A stretch of 64,000 nt of DNA from Candidatus Binatia bacterium. GTDB lineage: Bacteria > Desulfobacterota > Binatia > Bin18. The stretch is from assembly GCA_963664395.2 (NCBI GenBank), contig OY761159.2, positions 1,216,001 through 1,280,000 on the forward strand, in the 5' to 3' direction. The position numbers and the translations under genes were made by a program. A model generated the notes under the pieces. It did not search any database. It was not told the origin of the DNA and was given only the letters and a program-made list of their open reading frames with translations. Below are positions 19,974 through 29,077 of this stretch, piece after piece. Numbering within the stretch: position 1 is the first letter of the stretch; every line of letters begins with the position of its first letter.

Positions 19974-20252
19974 CTAACTGTTCTCAAAGCTGATTCTGAG
20001 CCGGGTGCCGGTGGCCTGCGCGACCCTTCCCAGCGTCCTGGTGGATGGGTGGACACGTCCGCCTTCGAGTCGCGCTACCACCGATTGCGTGGTCTTCATG
20101 CGCTTGGCAAGCTGCGCCTGCGTAAGCCCGGCGCTGACGCGGGCCGCAATCAGCGCGCGGGCCAATTCAAACTCCGGCTCCAGCTTGTCATAGGCGGCCC
20201 GATAGTCCGCATTCCGACTCCATTTCTTGTGTAGATTGCTCACATTGCTCAT
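19974..20252 (-). CDS. XRE-family HTH antitoxin (HigA-like)
   Basis: AGLTQAQLAKRMKTTQSVVARLEGG; ATGA overlap with the toxin gene. Confidence 0.88.
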   Translation of the reverse strand: MSNVSNLHKKWSRNADYRAAYDKLEPEFELARALIAARVSAGLTQAQLAKRMKTTQSVVARLEGGRVHPSTRTLGRVAQATGTRLRISFENS

Positions 20253-20596
20253 TGCAGCACCTCCCTGGCGCGTCTCAAGGCCAAGTCAATTTCCTGGCGG
20301 GGCGTCTGCCGTGTCTTTTTCATAAAGACCCGCACCACCACGACGCGTTTACCCCGAACGGTGACATACAGCGCTCGCGATATCCCGTCCCCGCCCTTCA
20401 TTCGCATTTCCCACAGCGGACCGGTCAAATGCCTGATATACGGCGCACCAACGCGGTCCAATCCAACCGCTTCGATCAACTCACAGATACGAACAAACCG
20501 CGCGCGCATATCGATGGGCAAAGCGGCGACTTCCTTGTCCACGGCCGTATTCAGGGTCTCAATGGTCCAGTTTACGGGCAACGGAGTATCGCACAT
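20249..20596 (-). CDS. RelE/HigB (Gp49-like) type II toxin
   Basis: PYIRHLTGPLWEMR, RALYV, VFMKKTRQTPRQEIDLA; true start uncertain. Confidence 0.85.
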   Translation of the reverse strand: MCDTPLPVNWTIETLNTAVDKEVAALPIDMRARFVRICELIEAVGLDRVGAPYIRHLTGPLWEMRMKGGDGISRALYVTVRGKRVVVVRVFMKKTRQTPRQEIDLALRRAREVLQ

Positions 20597-20613
20597 TTGA
20601 TATATGCTGACAA
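20585..20613 (-). promoter_or_regulatory. Putative sigma70 promoter with overlapping operator for the TA operon
   Basis: Minus strand TTGTCA-17 nt-GATACT; imperfect palindrome TATC-N8-GATA overlapping the spacer and -10. Confidence 0.55.
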
Positions 20614-20630
20614 ATTGACCCGGGGGCGAG

Positions 20631-20696
20631 TCATGCCGCCCATGATGGGCAGGGCAAGGCTGAGCGGCCGGCGCAAGCGGAAGGTCACGGGAGTGA
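20631..20696. repeat. Direct repeat copy 2 (orphan MATE 5' fragment)
   Basis: Minus strand encodes TPVTFRLRRPLSLALPIMGGM vs TPVTSRLRRTLSLALPIMGGM in the intact gene. Confidence 0.9.
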
Positions 20697-20720
20697 CATA
20701 GGCGAAAAACCGTCAGGATT

Positions 20721-21791
20721 TTATCTTTCCGACGGACGGAATTGCATGTTGGCTTGTGGGAAATGGGTTTGCAAAGCCCGCATTGCTCCTATCCATATTT
20801 CTTTGTGCCATACATTCGCTCTGAGCGCATATGTCCGCCCATCGGAGTGCAAAAGCTCGTCACTCCCGGCAAACCAATATCCAGAATTAAAGCCTCTCCC
20901 AGACTCTACACCTTGTCGCTCTGCCGATTCGATGAACTCCTGCTGATTATTGAAATTCCCCTCTACGGATACAAACATGCTCTCGTAGGAGATTCCGGTT
21001 ACTTTGCTTGCGATTTTTTGAGGTGAAGAATCACCCGATTGAAGAAGTGTCTGAATCACTTGAAGAAGCGCTCTCCTCTTCGGCAAATTCTTATATTCCC
21101 GTCCCAGGACAGCAACATCATAACGGGTCGTATCTGGGCCAGCGATTCGGGTCTGCCTCTCTCGTTGGGCTTTCTCTTTCAATTGAGATTGAAACTCCTT
21201 TACCTCTGGCAGCGGAATAACCTGTTGAACATCCAGGAACACTCGCTCACCATCGGAATATGGTTGAAGACGAATGCACCGAATATCGAGGTCACGCTGA
21301 TTCAGCCACATGACCGCTGTCGTGAGTTCCTTGGAAAAGTCGGCAGATGCCAGTATCACTCGAACGTCTTGGGCAAAACGCTCCTCACCCGGCTCATCGA
21401 GGAATTCGAGCAGACTGCTCTCAGGGTCATCGTCGCGTCCCATTTTCTGGAGAAAATCACGGTAGTAGCCCACCGCTTTATCGAACGTCATGGTTGAGAC
21501 CATGGCGGCATATCGGAGCGCTTGCAGTTCCATATGTCCGCCGCTCTCGGTCCGCTTTAACTCGATCACAACCAGGTTTGCATTTTTGTCAACAGCAAGC
21601 AGGTCTATACGCCGTTTCGACTCCTCCCAATCGCCAAACTCTTCACTGATGACCAGCAGGTTAGGGTCAAGCACCTCGATTTGATCTCGAATGAGGGGCT
21701 GTAAATCGGTCCGTTCTCGGAGTCCTTGGCTGACAAAGTCCGTGCGTCTAAGCTCTTTCAGCGAGTTAGGCGTCACTTCGAAAATAGACAT
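20721..21791 (-). CDS. NucS/DUF91-like PD-(D/E)XK nuclease with unrecognised C-terminal domain
   Basis: LRERTDLQ, RRIDLLAVD...VVIELKR, LQALRYA. Confidence 0.75.
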   Translation of the reverse strand: MSIFEVTPNSLKELRRTDFVSQGLRERTDLQPLIRDQIEVLDPNLLVISEEFGDWEESKRRIDLLAVDKNANLVVIELKRTESGGHMELQALRYAAMVSTMTFDKAVGYYRDFLQKMGRDDDPESSLLEFLDEPGEERFAQDVRVILASADFSKELTTAVMWLNQRDLDIRCIRLQPYSDGERVFLDVQQVIPLPEVKEFQSQLKEKAQRERQTRIAGPDTTRYDVAVLGREYKNLPKRRALLQVIQTLLQSGDSSPQKIASKVTGISYESMFVSVEGNFNNQQEFIESAERQGVESGRGFNSGYWFAGSDELLHSDGRTYALRANVWHKEIWIGAMRALQTHFPQANMQFRPSER

Positions 21792-21812
21792 GAAATTTTG
21801 ATCCGTTCTTCT

Positions 21813-22064
21813 CTAAGTCCCTCGCTCAGCTTTCAAGGGGAATTTTTCAGGCTGTTCAATCGTCTGCAAGCCGAGGTCCACATCCAAATCGGGCCAATAG
21901 AAATGCCCCGGCGTTGGCTCTTCCACGTTGACTATCTGGCTAATGGATACGTCCCGAAACCACGGAAAATCCTCGTAGGACAGAAACAACTCCCGGTCAC
22001 CCGCCAAGAGCCAAATCCCATTCCCGGAGATGTTGGTGACTTCAACCGCAGCCGGGAGGGTCAT
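21813..22064 (-). CDS. DUF2442 domain protein
   Basis: [31 protein letters not shown]; ATG overlaps the higA stop (ATGA). Confidence 0.8.
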   Translation of the reverse strand: MTLPAAVEVTNISGNGIWLLAGDRELFLSYEDFPWFRDVSISQIVNVEEPTPGHFYWPDLDVDLGLQTIEQPEKFPLKAERGT

Positions 22065-22372
22065 GCTACATGCCTCACGGTTGACGCCGGCTGAATGCAA
22101 GCAATCAGACTTTCCCTTTTCCTGGCTAGGGCGTGAAAGTCACATTCGACCTGGAGGCCGTGCCAAAACTCGTCGGACTGACCGAAGAATGCGCCAAAGC
22201 GTATGGACATCGCCGGCGTAATGGAGCGTTTACTGTGAACGATTTCATTGATCGCCCGTGGGGCAACCCCGATCTCGCGGGCCATGGCATTTTGCGAAAT
22301 GTCCATTGGCTTGAGGTATTCTTCCAGAAGAATTTCGCCGGGCGTGATAGGGTTCTGCATTTTACCGCTCAT
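22061..22372 (-). CDS. HigA/VapI family addiction-module antitoxin
   Basis: [29 protein letters not shown]...RSITP, EFWHGLQ. Confidence 0.88.
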   Translation of the reverse strand: MSGKMQNPITPGEILLEEYLKPMDISQNAMAREIGVAPRAINEIVHSKRSITPAMSIRFGAFFGQSDEFWHGLQVECDFHALARKRESLIACIQPASTVRHVA

Positions 22373-22406
22373 CGGCTCCTCATCTATTGCTTCCTCACTG
22401 GTGCTC

Positions 22407-22456
22407 GGGGAAACCCACCCCGCCGCTACGCGGCACCCCTCCGAGGAGGGGATTTG
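22407..22456. repeat. Double-hairpin REP-like element, copy A
   Basis: GGGGAAACCCACCCC-hairpin-ACCCCTCC..GAGGGGATTTG; second copy at 23282-23331. Confidence 0.85.
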
Positions 22457-22494
22457 TTGCAGTGCTGATGCCGGGCGCTGCTGAATTCAGTCCC

Positions 22495-23250
22495 CTACCC
22501 TCGCCCAATAAACGGCATTTTGGTTGCCATGACGGTCATGAATTGTACGTTGGCGTCGAGCGGCAGGTTGGCCATGTATACGACCGCCTGGGCGACGTGT
22601 TCGACATCGAAGGTCGGCTCGACTTCGATTGAGCCGTTCGGTTGCGGCACGCCGCGTTGCATGACTGCGGTCATGTCGGTCCCGGCGTTGCCGATGTCGA
22701 TCTGGCCACAGGCAATGTCGTATTTGCGCCCGTCGAGTGATGTTGATCTGGTCAGGCCGGTCATGGCGTGCTTGGTCGAGGTGTAGGGCGCGGAATTGGG
22801 CCGCGGCACATGGGCCGAGATGGAGCCGTTGTTTATGATACGTCCCCCGCGTGGGTCCTGGTCTTTCATGATCTTGAACGCTTCTTGGGTGCAGATAAAC
22901 GCGCCGGTCAGATTGACGTCTACAACGGCTTTCCACTGTTCATACGACAGTTCTTCCAGGGGGACGGGCGGGGCTCCGATTCCAGCGTTGTTAAACAACA
23001 CGTCGAGCCGGCCAAAGGTCGCTTGGGTTGTGGCAAACAGGGTGCGAATAGAGTCCGGATCGCTGACATCGGTCGGCACGATGAGCGTCTGCGCCTCACT
23101 CCCGGCCTCTTTTGCCGTTGCTTCCAAGAGTTCGGCTCGGCGGCCGGCTAAGACAACGGCGTAGCCCTCCTGGAGAAGCGCAAGGGCACTCGCTTTCCCA
23201 ACGCCGGTTCCCGCTCCTGTGATGATGGCGACCTTAGTCTGTGTACTCAT
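22495..23250 (-). CDS. SDR family oxidoreductase
   Basis: [17 protein letters not shown]. Confidence 0.93.
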   Translation of the reverse strand: MSTQTKVAIITGAGTGVGKASALALLQEGYAVVLAGRRAELLEATAKEAGSEAQTLIVPTDVSDPDSIRTLFATTQATFGRLDVLFNNAGIGAPPVPLEELSYEQWKAVVDVNLTGAFICTQEAFKIMKDQDPRGGRIINNGSISAHVPRPNSAPYTSTKHAMTGLTRSTSLDGRKYDIACGQIDIGNAGTDMTAVMQRGVPQPNGSIEVEPTFDVEHVAQAVVYMANLPLDANVQFMTVMATKMPFIGRG

Positions 23251-23281
23251 GGGTGTGCTCTCCTTTGCGTGTGGGCCGGAG

Positions 23282-23331
23282 GGGGAAACCCACCCCGGCC
23301 CTTTGGGCCACCCCTCCCGAGAGGGGATTTG
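23282..23331. repeat. Double-hairpin REP-like element, copy B
   Basis: Same frame as 22407-22456 with compensatory stem changes. Confidence 0.85.
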
Positions 23332-23342
23332 AGAAAGGGCAT

Positions 23343-24359
23343 TTACCTTGAAAAGGATTCGAGTATTTTGTCCCGATAGTGGTCGCGTTGTTCTTGGGTT
23401 GTGCCGGTGTTGGGAACGGCCAGAATGGTCGTGTCGAGGAGTCCTTCGCGCTCGTTCAGCTTTGCGCGGACGCGGTCAATCGGACCGACCGCGCAGAAGG
23501 CATCGACCATTTCACTCGGAATGAGATCAAAGCCCTTGTCTTTGTCGGGCGTATTCTGCAGCGCTCTGACCTTTTCAACCGTGTCGGTAAAGCCATGCGC
23601 GGCAAAGATATCATCGTAAATCCGGGCCCAGATACTGAACAGCATGGCCCCTGCGCCGACCCGCTGGGCGGTTGCCAGATCGTCGTCAATGACCACAAAG
23701 CATTGGCCCAGGACCTCGACATCGGAGCGGCTGCGACCTGCCCGGTCGAGCCCGGTTTTGAGCGGCGGCAGAATATTCTCGCGGACATGTTGCGGCGAGA
23801 ACATCGGATTCCCGATGAGGCCGTCACCCAGCTCACCCGTCAGGGCGGCCATACGCGGTTTGACCGCGGCAACATAGAGAGGCACCCGTGGCCGGGGCTT
23901 CGGATTAGGGCGCGGGAAGAAATTACGGGCGCGGATATTGTAGAACTTGCCTTCGTAGTTCACCTCGCCACCAGCCTCGGCTTTGTCCATAATGAGCTGC
24001 AGGACCTCGATATACTCCCGCATTTGACTGACCGGTTTGCCGGCGTCTCGTCCGGCGTACCAGTTGTTATTGCGGTGTTGGTGGGCGACTCCCAGGCCGA
24101 GCGTGAACCGGCCCTGACTCAACAGGTCAAGGTCCAACGCCTGAAAGGCGAGCATCACCGGACTATGATTAAAGGCCAGCACCACGCCCGCGCCGATTTT
24201 GATGGTCTGAATATTGGGCGCGATGCTGGCCAGGGGAATGAGCGCGGAATTGGTCAACTCGGCTTGCCAGAGTGAATCAAAGCCGGCGGCTTCGTATTTT
24301 TTCACCCAGCCGACCATTTCGTCGTGGGCGGCGGCGGCGAGAAACATGGAGTATTTCAT
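23343..24359 (-). CDS. LLM class flavin/F420-dependent oxidoreductase
   Basis: [30 protein letters not shown]; start MKYSMF. Confidence 0.85.
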   Translation of the reverse strand: MKYSMFLAAAAHDEMVGWVKKYEAAGFDSLWQAELTNSALIPLASIAPNIQTIKIGAGVVLAFNHSPVMLAFQALDLDLLSQGRFTLGLGVAHQHRNNNWYAGRDAGKPVSQMREYIEVLQLIMDKAEAGGEVNYEGKFYNIRARNFFPRPNPKPRPRVPLYVAAVKPRMAALTGELGDGLIGNPMFSPQHVRENILPPLKTGLDRAGRSRSDVEVLGQCFVVIDDDLATAQRVGAGAMLFSIWARIYDDIFAAHGFTDTVEKVRALQNTPDKDKGFDLIPSEMVDAFCAVGPIDRVRAKLNEREGLLDTTILAVPNTGTTQEQRDHYRDKILESFSR

Positions 24360-24384
24360 GCGTGAATTCCTTCCATAAAAAGAC

Positions 24385-24408
24385 AGGGGCGCAGCGTGCT
24401 GCGCCCCT
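24385..24408. repeat. REP-like perfect palindrome
   Basis: AGGGGCGCAGC-GT-GCTGCGCCCCT, intergenic. Confidence 0.75.
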
Positions 24409-24439
24409 CCACAAAAACAAACAACAGAACGACGGATGA

Positions 24440-25096
24440 CTACGCCGACGGTTCGTGCTGTCCCCACTTGTCAAAGTGGGTCACTTCGGATGCGGGCCGG
24501 CGGCTGACCGGTCCGAATTTTCCCGAAGGAAAACCGATCGGAATGGTTGCCACCACGCCATATTCGAGCGGAATGCCCACGCGCTCTTGCAGTTCGTCCT
24601 CAAACATCTGGTGCATGGTCGTCAGGCTCGCCCCAAGGCCAAGGGCGCGACAGGCCAGCAGAATGTTCTGCACGCAGGGATAGATGGAGCCGTAGGAGGG
24701 CGGGGCTTTGCCTTCGCGTTTTTCCGCGGGCACGGAAAACGGCCAATCCCGTTTGCCGCAGATGAGAAGTAAAACCGGGGCTTCGTGCATGTGTTCGGCC
24801 AAGTGCATCGCCGCCCGAGCGGTCTTGGCAAAGGAGGAGGTATCGCCTTCCTTTGGCCTGAGCGCATTACCAAAACGGTCCAGCATGGCCTGGTGGTAAC
24901 GTTCCTGGAAAAACTTCTTGTTGGTCGGCTCTTGGAGCACCACAAACGCCCAGGCCTGGAGGTTCTGGCCGCTGGGGGCACGGATGCCGGCTTCAAGGAT
25001 TTTCCGAATCATCTCTGGCGGGACCGGGTCGGGTTTGAGCCGGCGCATTGCCCGCATTGAGTGCATGGTTTCAAACACACCAAGTTCTTCAGCCAT
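24440..25096 (-). CDS. Nitroreductase family protein
   Basis: RAMRRLKPDPVP, APSGQNLQAWAFVV, QNILLACRALGLG, IPIGFP. Confidence 0.9.
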   Translation of the reverse strand: MAEELGVFETMHSMRAMRRLKPDPVPPEMIRKILEAGIRAPSGQNLQAWAFVVLQEPTNKKFFQERYHQAMLDRFGNALRPKEGDTSSFAKTARAAMHLAEHMHEAPVLLLICGKRDWPFSVPAEKREGKAPPSYGSIYPCVQNILLACRALGLGASLTTMHQMFEDELQERVGIPLEYGVVATIPIGFPSGKFGPVSRRPASEVTHFDKWGQHEPSA

Positions 25097-25124
25097 CTTG
25101 TTTCTCCTTTTCGGTTCGGGGACG

Positions 25125-26270
25125 TTACGCGCCCTTTAATAAGTGTTTGGCAATGACCACGCGCTGAATCTGCGACGTGCCTTCATAAATCTGCAACAGC
25201 TTGGCGTCACGCATCAGCTTTTCCACCGGATACTCGCTGAAATAGCCGTACCCGCCGAAAATCTGCACGGCGTTGGTGGTTATCTGCATGGTCCGGTCCG
25301 CGCCAAACGCCTTGGCGTAACTGGAAACAATAGACGACGCTGCACCCTGGTCGAGCAGCCAGGCTGCTTTATAGGTCAGTAATCGCATGGCTTCGAGCTC
25401 AATCGCCATATCGGCCAGCATGAACTGGATGGCCTGGAAATTGGCAATGGCTTGGCCAAAGGCTTCACGCTGCCGGGCGTATTTGACCGATTCATCCAAT
25501 GCGCGTTGGGATATCCCAATGGCAAAGGCACCGACTTCGGGCCGGCTGCGGTCAAACGTTCGCATAGCGACTTTGAACCCCTGGCCTTCCGCACCGACCA
25601 GGCCTGCGCGCGGAACTTTGACATCCTCAAAAACAATCTCCGCCGTGTCTGACGCACGCTGGCCCATTTTGTCGTGCATCCGGTTGGCCGTCACGCCAGG
25701 TGAATCAGCCGGGAGAACAAAGCACGCCACCGCGCCATGTCCCCGGCTTTTATCCTCAGTCGCAAAGGTCACATACCAACGCGCTACCGAGCCGTTGGAA
25801 ATAAAGTGTTTGGTTCCGTTGAGGACAAAATCATCGCCGACCTTGCGGTAGGTTGTTGAGATAGCTGCGGCATCAGAGCCGGCGCCCGGCTCAGTCAGAG
25901 CGAAAGCAGCGTAGACCGGCTCGGAGACGAGCTGCCCGAGGTATTCTTTTTTCTGCTCATCGCTCCCGGCCACCAGCAAAGGCGTGGCCGCCAGATTATT
26001 GGCCACCATATTGAGCGCCATACCGGCACAGCCGTAGACGATTTCTTCATCGATCAGGCAGGTATCAAATACCTCCAGCCCCAGGCCGCCGTATTCGGTT
26101 GGCACGAGCGGATTGAGGATACCCAGTTTCCAGGCCTTGCGGCAGACATCGTCGGGGAAGGTCTGCTCTTTGTCATACTTTGCCGCAACCGGAATCATTT
26201 CCTCAACGGCAAACTTGTGGACCGTATCTTTGAGTTGTTGTTGTTCCGGGGTCAGTTCAAAGCCGTACAC
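25125..26270 (-). CDS. Acyl-CoA dehydrogenase
   Basis: FALTEPGAGSD, KMGQRAS, QIFGGYGY, QIYEGTSQIQR. Confidence 0.95.
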   Translation of the reverse strand: MYGFELTPEQQQLKDTVHKFAVEEMIPVAAKYDKEQTFPDDVCRKAWKLGILNPLVPTEYGGLGLEVFDTCLIDEEIVYGCAGMALNMVANNLAATPLLVAGSDEQKKEYLGQLVSEPVYAAFALTEPGAGSDAAAISTTYRKVGDDFVLNGTKHFISNGSVARWYVTFATEDKSRGHGAVACFVLPADSPGVTANRMHDKMGQRASDTAEIVFEDVKVPRAGLVGAEGQGFKVAMRTFDRSRPEVGAFAIGISQRALDESVKYARQREAFGQAIANFQAIQFMLADMAIELEAMRLLTYKAAWLLDQGAASSIVSSYAKAFGADRTMQITTNAVQIFGGYGYFSEYPVEKLMRDAKLLQIYEGTSQIQRVVIAKHLLKGA

Positions 26271-26319
26271 GATGGGCTCTCCTTCCTCTCTGTGAATGAT
26301 CGACGCACGCTAGCACGCA

Positions 26320-27312
26320 TTATTGTAACCAGGGTAAACAACCGGCCTCCTCCAGAATGGAATCTAACGCCGCTTTCTCTTCGACTTTGGCGTACCGTTC
26401 CCGCAGAACGCGAAACGACCGGGCATGGTATTTCTGCGTCCCCTGCGAGTACTCCGTGCTACGCAGCATGACCGAAAACGTCTCTTGACCGGCAGCGAGG
26501 GCCTGGGCGTTGGCCGCCGTCCAGGGTAAAAAGGTCTGGCCGATTTCCTGGAGTACGGGCTTCAGCGTTGGGGCCAGGTCGTCCCAGGTCTCCAGCGCGC
26601 CCTCAGCCTTGGGGTCCAGCATCTGCACCGCCCAGGACAAGACGTTCGGGGCAACCGCCCGCATCATCGTGCCAGCCGAGGGATCGGTGGAACATTGGTG
26701 CAGTTGAGCGGCAAGGCCAAAATCGCCAAACGTGGGCCGGCCACCGAACAGATACATACGTTGACTGAGGTGCGGTTCGAGCAGTGACAACAGACGATCG
26801 AAGGAAGACTCAATATGCTCCCGGGTCTGCTCGCTTGAGCCGACAAAGGACAAACGCGGGACCATGCGGGTACGAATTTGCTCAGTCGCCGCCGCATATT
26901 CTGCCTCACCCAGCCCAGGCCGGGTCAAGCGCGCGATGCGTTCGGCAGTTGATTTTTGGTCAGGCGCATACGTCCAGCGATAGTGGAACATCTGCTTATT
27001 GCCCCACTCGTCGCCATACTCTTCAATCAAGGCAGACAGGAAGGCCAAGGTCGGATCACTCGGGTGAATAGACGGCTCGGGCTGGAGTCCCTCAAAATGC
27101 TCCAGAATGGGCGTGGAGTCCTGCATGCCCTTCCCGTCCGGCGTGACGACAAGCGGAACGAGAGGCAGCTTGGCGTAGCGCGCGAATTCTTCCTGATTGG
27201 TGGAATCCCGCGCAATCCATTCGTGCGGAATACTCTTATACCGAAAATAGGCCCGGACTTTTAACGAGTACGGCGACAGCTCAACACCAAAGAGACGATA
27301 GGGTTGGGACAT
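26320..27312 (-). CDS. Glutathione S-transferase family protein
   Basis: SPYSLKVR, LVPLVV, DSTPI, YLFGGRPTFGDFGL. Confidence 0.85.
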   Translation of the reverse strand: MSQPYRLFGVELSPYSLKVRAYFRYKSIPHEWIARDSTNQEEFARYAKLPLVPLVVTPDGKGMQDSTPILEHFEGLQPEPSIHPSDPTLAFLSALIEEYGDEWGNKQMFHYRWTYAPDQKSTAERIARLTRPGLGEAEYAAATEQIRTRMVPRLSFVGSSEQTREHIESSFDRLLSLLEPHLSQRMYLFGGRPTFGDFGLAAQLHQCSTDPSAGTMMRAVAPNVLSWAVQMLDPKAEGALETWDDLAPTLKPVLQEIGQTFLPWTAANAQALAAGQETFSVMLRSTEYSQGTQKYHARSFRVLRERYAKVEEKAALDSILEEAGCLPWLQ

Positions 27313-27342
27313 AACAACACTCCTCACCTGATTGGGACGCGT

Positions 27343-28131
27343 CTATTTCCCATTAAAGTGGGGAGCACGTTTCTCTATGAATGCCGCAATACCTTCTTTC
27401 CCATCATCAGTCTTGGAGCGGGCGGCAATGGACTGGGTTTCATTTTCCATCTGCGTTTCAAGCGTTTCCGTCCAGCCAGTATGGAGTAATCGTTTGGCGC
27501 CACCAAACGCCCCGGTTGCTCCGGCTGCAAGCTCAGTGGCGAGTTTTTCCGCTTCAGCCAGCAAGTCCGCATCCGGGACGACCCGGTTCACAATGCCCCA
27601 TTCTGTGGCTTCTTTGGCCGACAGCAGCCGGTTGGTGATCGCAAGCTCCAATGCCCGCTTCATGCCGACAATGCGTGGCAGGAAATAGGTTGACGAACCG
27701 TCCGGGGTCAGCCCGGCGCGCGTATACGCCATGGTGAATTTCGCCGACTCGCCAGCAAAAACAATGTCACACGAACACGCAATACTCATTCCCGCCCCCG
27801 CGGCTGTACCATTCACCGCACCAATCAACGGTGCGTCCATACGCGCAAAACGTGACACGGCGCCGTGCAGATAGGTTGTTACCTCTTTCAGATGAGCGGG
27901 CAGCCTGGCGCCCTGGGCGGCAAAGCTTTTCAGGTCTCCGCCGGCACAAAACATCCGGCCATTGCCGGTCAGCACAACGGCTCGAATGTCAGCATCTTCG
28001 TCACATTCGAGTGAGGCCTGCATCAAATCCCGCGCCAGATCGATATTCAGCGCGTTCGCGGAATCCGGCCGATCCAGGGTAATTTTTGCGATATTGTCTT
28101 TTTTTTCAAATTGAATTGCGGTGTATGCCAT
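27343..28131 (-). CDS. Enoyl-CoA hydratase/isomerase (PaaG-like)
   Basis: FCAGGDL, VNGTAAGAGMS, GLTPDG, EGIAAFIEKR. Confidence 0.92.
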   Translation of the reverse strand: MAYTAIQFEKKDNIAKITLDRPDSANALNIDLARDLMQASLECDEDADIRAVVLTGNGRMFCAGGDLKSFAAQGARLPAHLKEVTTYLHGAVSRFARMDAPLIGAVNGTAAGAGMSIACSCDIVFAGESAKFTMAYTRAGLTPDGSSTYFLPRIVGMKRALELAITNRLLSAKEATEWGIVNRVVPDADLLAEAEKLATELAAGATGAFGGAKRLLHTGWTETLETQMENETQSIAARSKTDDGKEGIAAFIEKRAPHFNGK

Positions 28132-28158
28132 GCTGTCCTCCGTCTGGCGATGCTGGGA

Positions 28159-29046
28159 TTAGAGCGCCTGTAAAAAATCGACTATGGCTTGGCCAATCTC
28201 CTGCGGCGCGTCTTCCTGGATAAAGTGTGAGCCCTTGACGGTGATTTCTTTTTGATTCGGCCAGGCGCGGCAATACTCACGCTGCGGACCGGCCAGGATC
28301 GCACCGGGGTCGGCGTTCACAAAGAGTTTGGGCAGCTCGCTGCCTGACAACCACTGCCCGTATTGCTCGACGATCTCTACCACGTCGGCCGGTTCACCCT
28401 CGATCGGTATCTGACGCGGCCAGGTGAGCGTTGGGCGGCGAGACTCTCCCGGTTCGGTGTACGGCTTGCGGTAGACGGCCATTTCCTCTTCGGTCAGGGT
28501 GCGCACCACGCTGCCGGGCAGCACCCGTTCGACAAAGACGTTGTGCTGGAGCACCATCTCCTCGCCAGCCGGAGAACGAAAGCCTTGAAAGACTTTACGC
28601 GCCGCCTCAGGAAAGGTCTCCCACGTCAGGGGACACACAATTGCCTCCATATAGACAAGCGCCTTGATGCTGTCCTGATGGCGGTGTGCCCAGTGGAAAC
28701 CCAAGGCTGAGCCCCAATCATGGATCACCAGGGTGACGTTTTTCGTGTGCTGATCGAGCCCAAGCGCGTCAAACCAGGCATCCATATAGCGGGCGTGGTC
28801 AACAAATCGATAGGAGCCCGCGGGATTCTTGCCCGAATCGCCCATGCCGATGAGGTCAGGCGCCAGGCAACGCGCGCCACCTTCGACCTCGGCAATGATG
28901 TTGCGCCATAAATACGAAGAGGTGGGGTTGCCGTGCAGAAACACAACCGGGTCGCCGCTGCCGGTATCGACATAGGCCATCTCGCTATCGAGCACGGACA
29001 CCCGTTTCCGTTCATAGGGATCGTTCGCTGAAATAGATTGACTCAT
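28159..29046 (-). CDS. Haloalkane dehalogenase (HLD-II, LinB/DhaA-like)
   Basis: FLHGNPTSSYLWRN, IHDWGSALG (Asp nucleophile + halide Trp), MEAIV (Glu), GSHFIQED (His), RRPTLTWPRQIP. Confidence 0.92.
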   Translation of the reverse strand: MSQSISANDPYERKRVSVLDSEMAYVDTGSGDPVVFLHGNPTSSYLWRNIIAEVEGGARCLAPDLIGMGDSGKNPAGSYRFVDHARYMDAWFDALGLDQHTKNVTLVIHDWGSALGFHWAHRHQDSIKALVYMEAIVCPLTWETFPEAARKVFQGFRSPAGEEMVLQHNVFVERVLPGSVVRTLTEEEMAVYRKPYTEPGESRRPTLTWPRQIPIEGEPADVVEIVEQYGQWLSGSELPKLFVNADPGAILAGPQREYCRAWPNQKEITVKGSHFIQEDAPQEIGQAIVDFLQAL

Positions 29047-29077
29047 GCTTCTCTCCTCAAAAATTCTCTCTCCCGAC

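Noticed and set aside
23379-24275. Long antisense ORFs (e.g. 23379-24275, 12044-12820, 53936-54829, 61867-62709)
   Set aside because: Shadow frames of well-supported genes, expected in GC-rich DNA, with no motifs.
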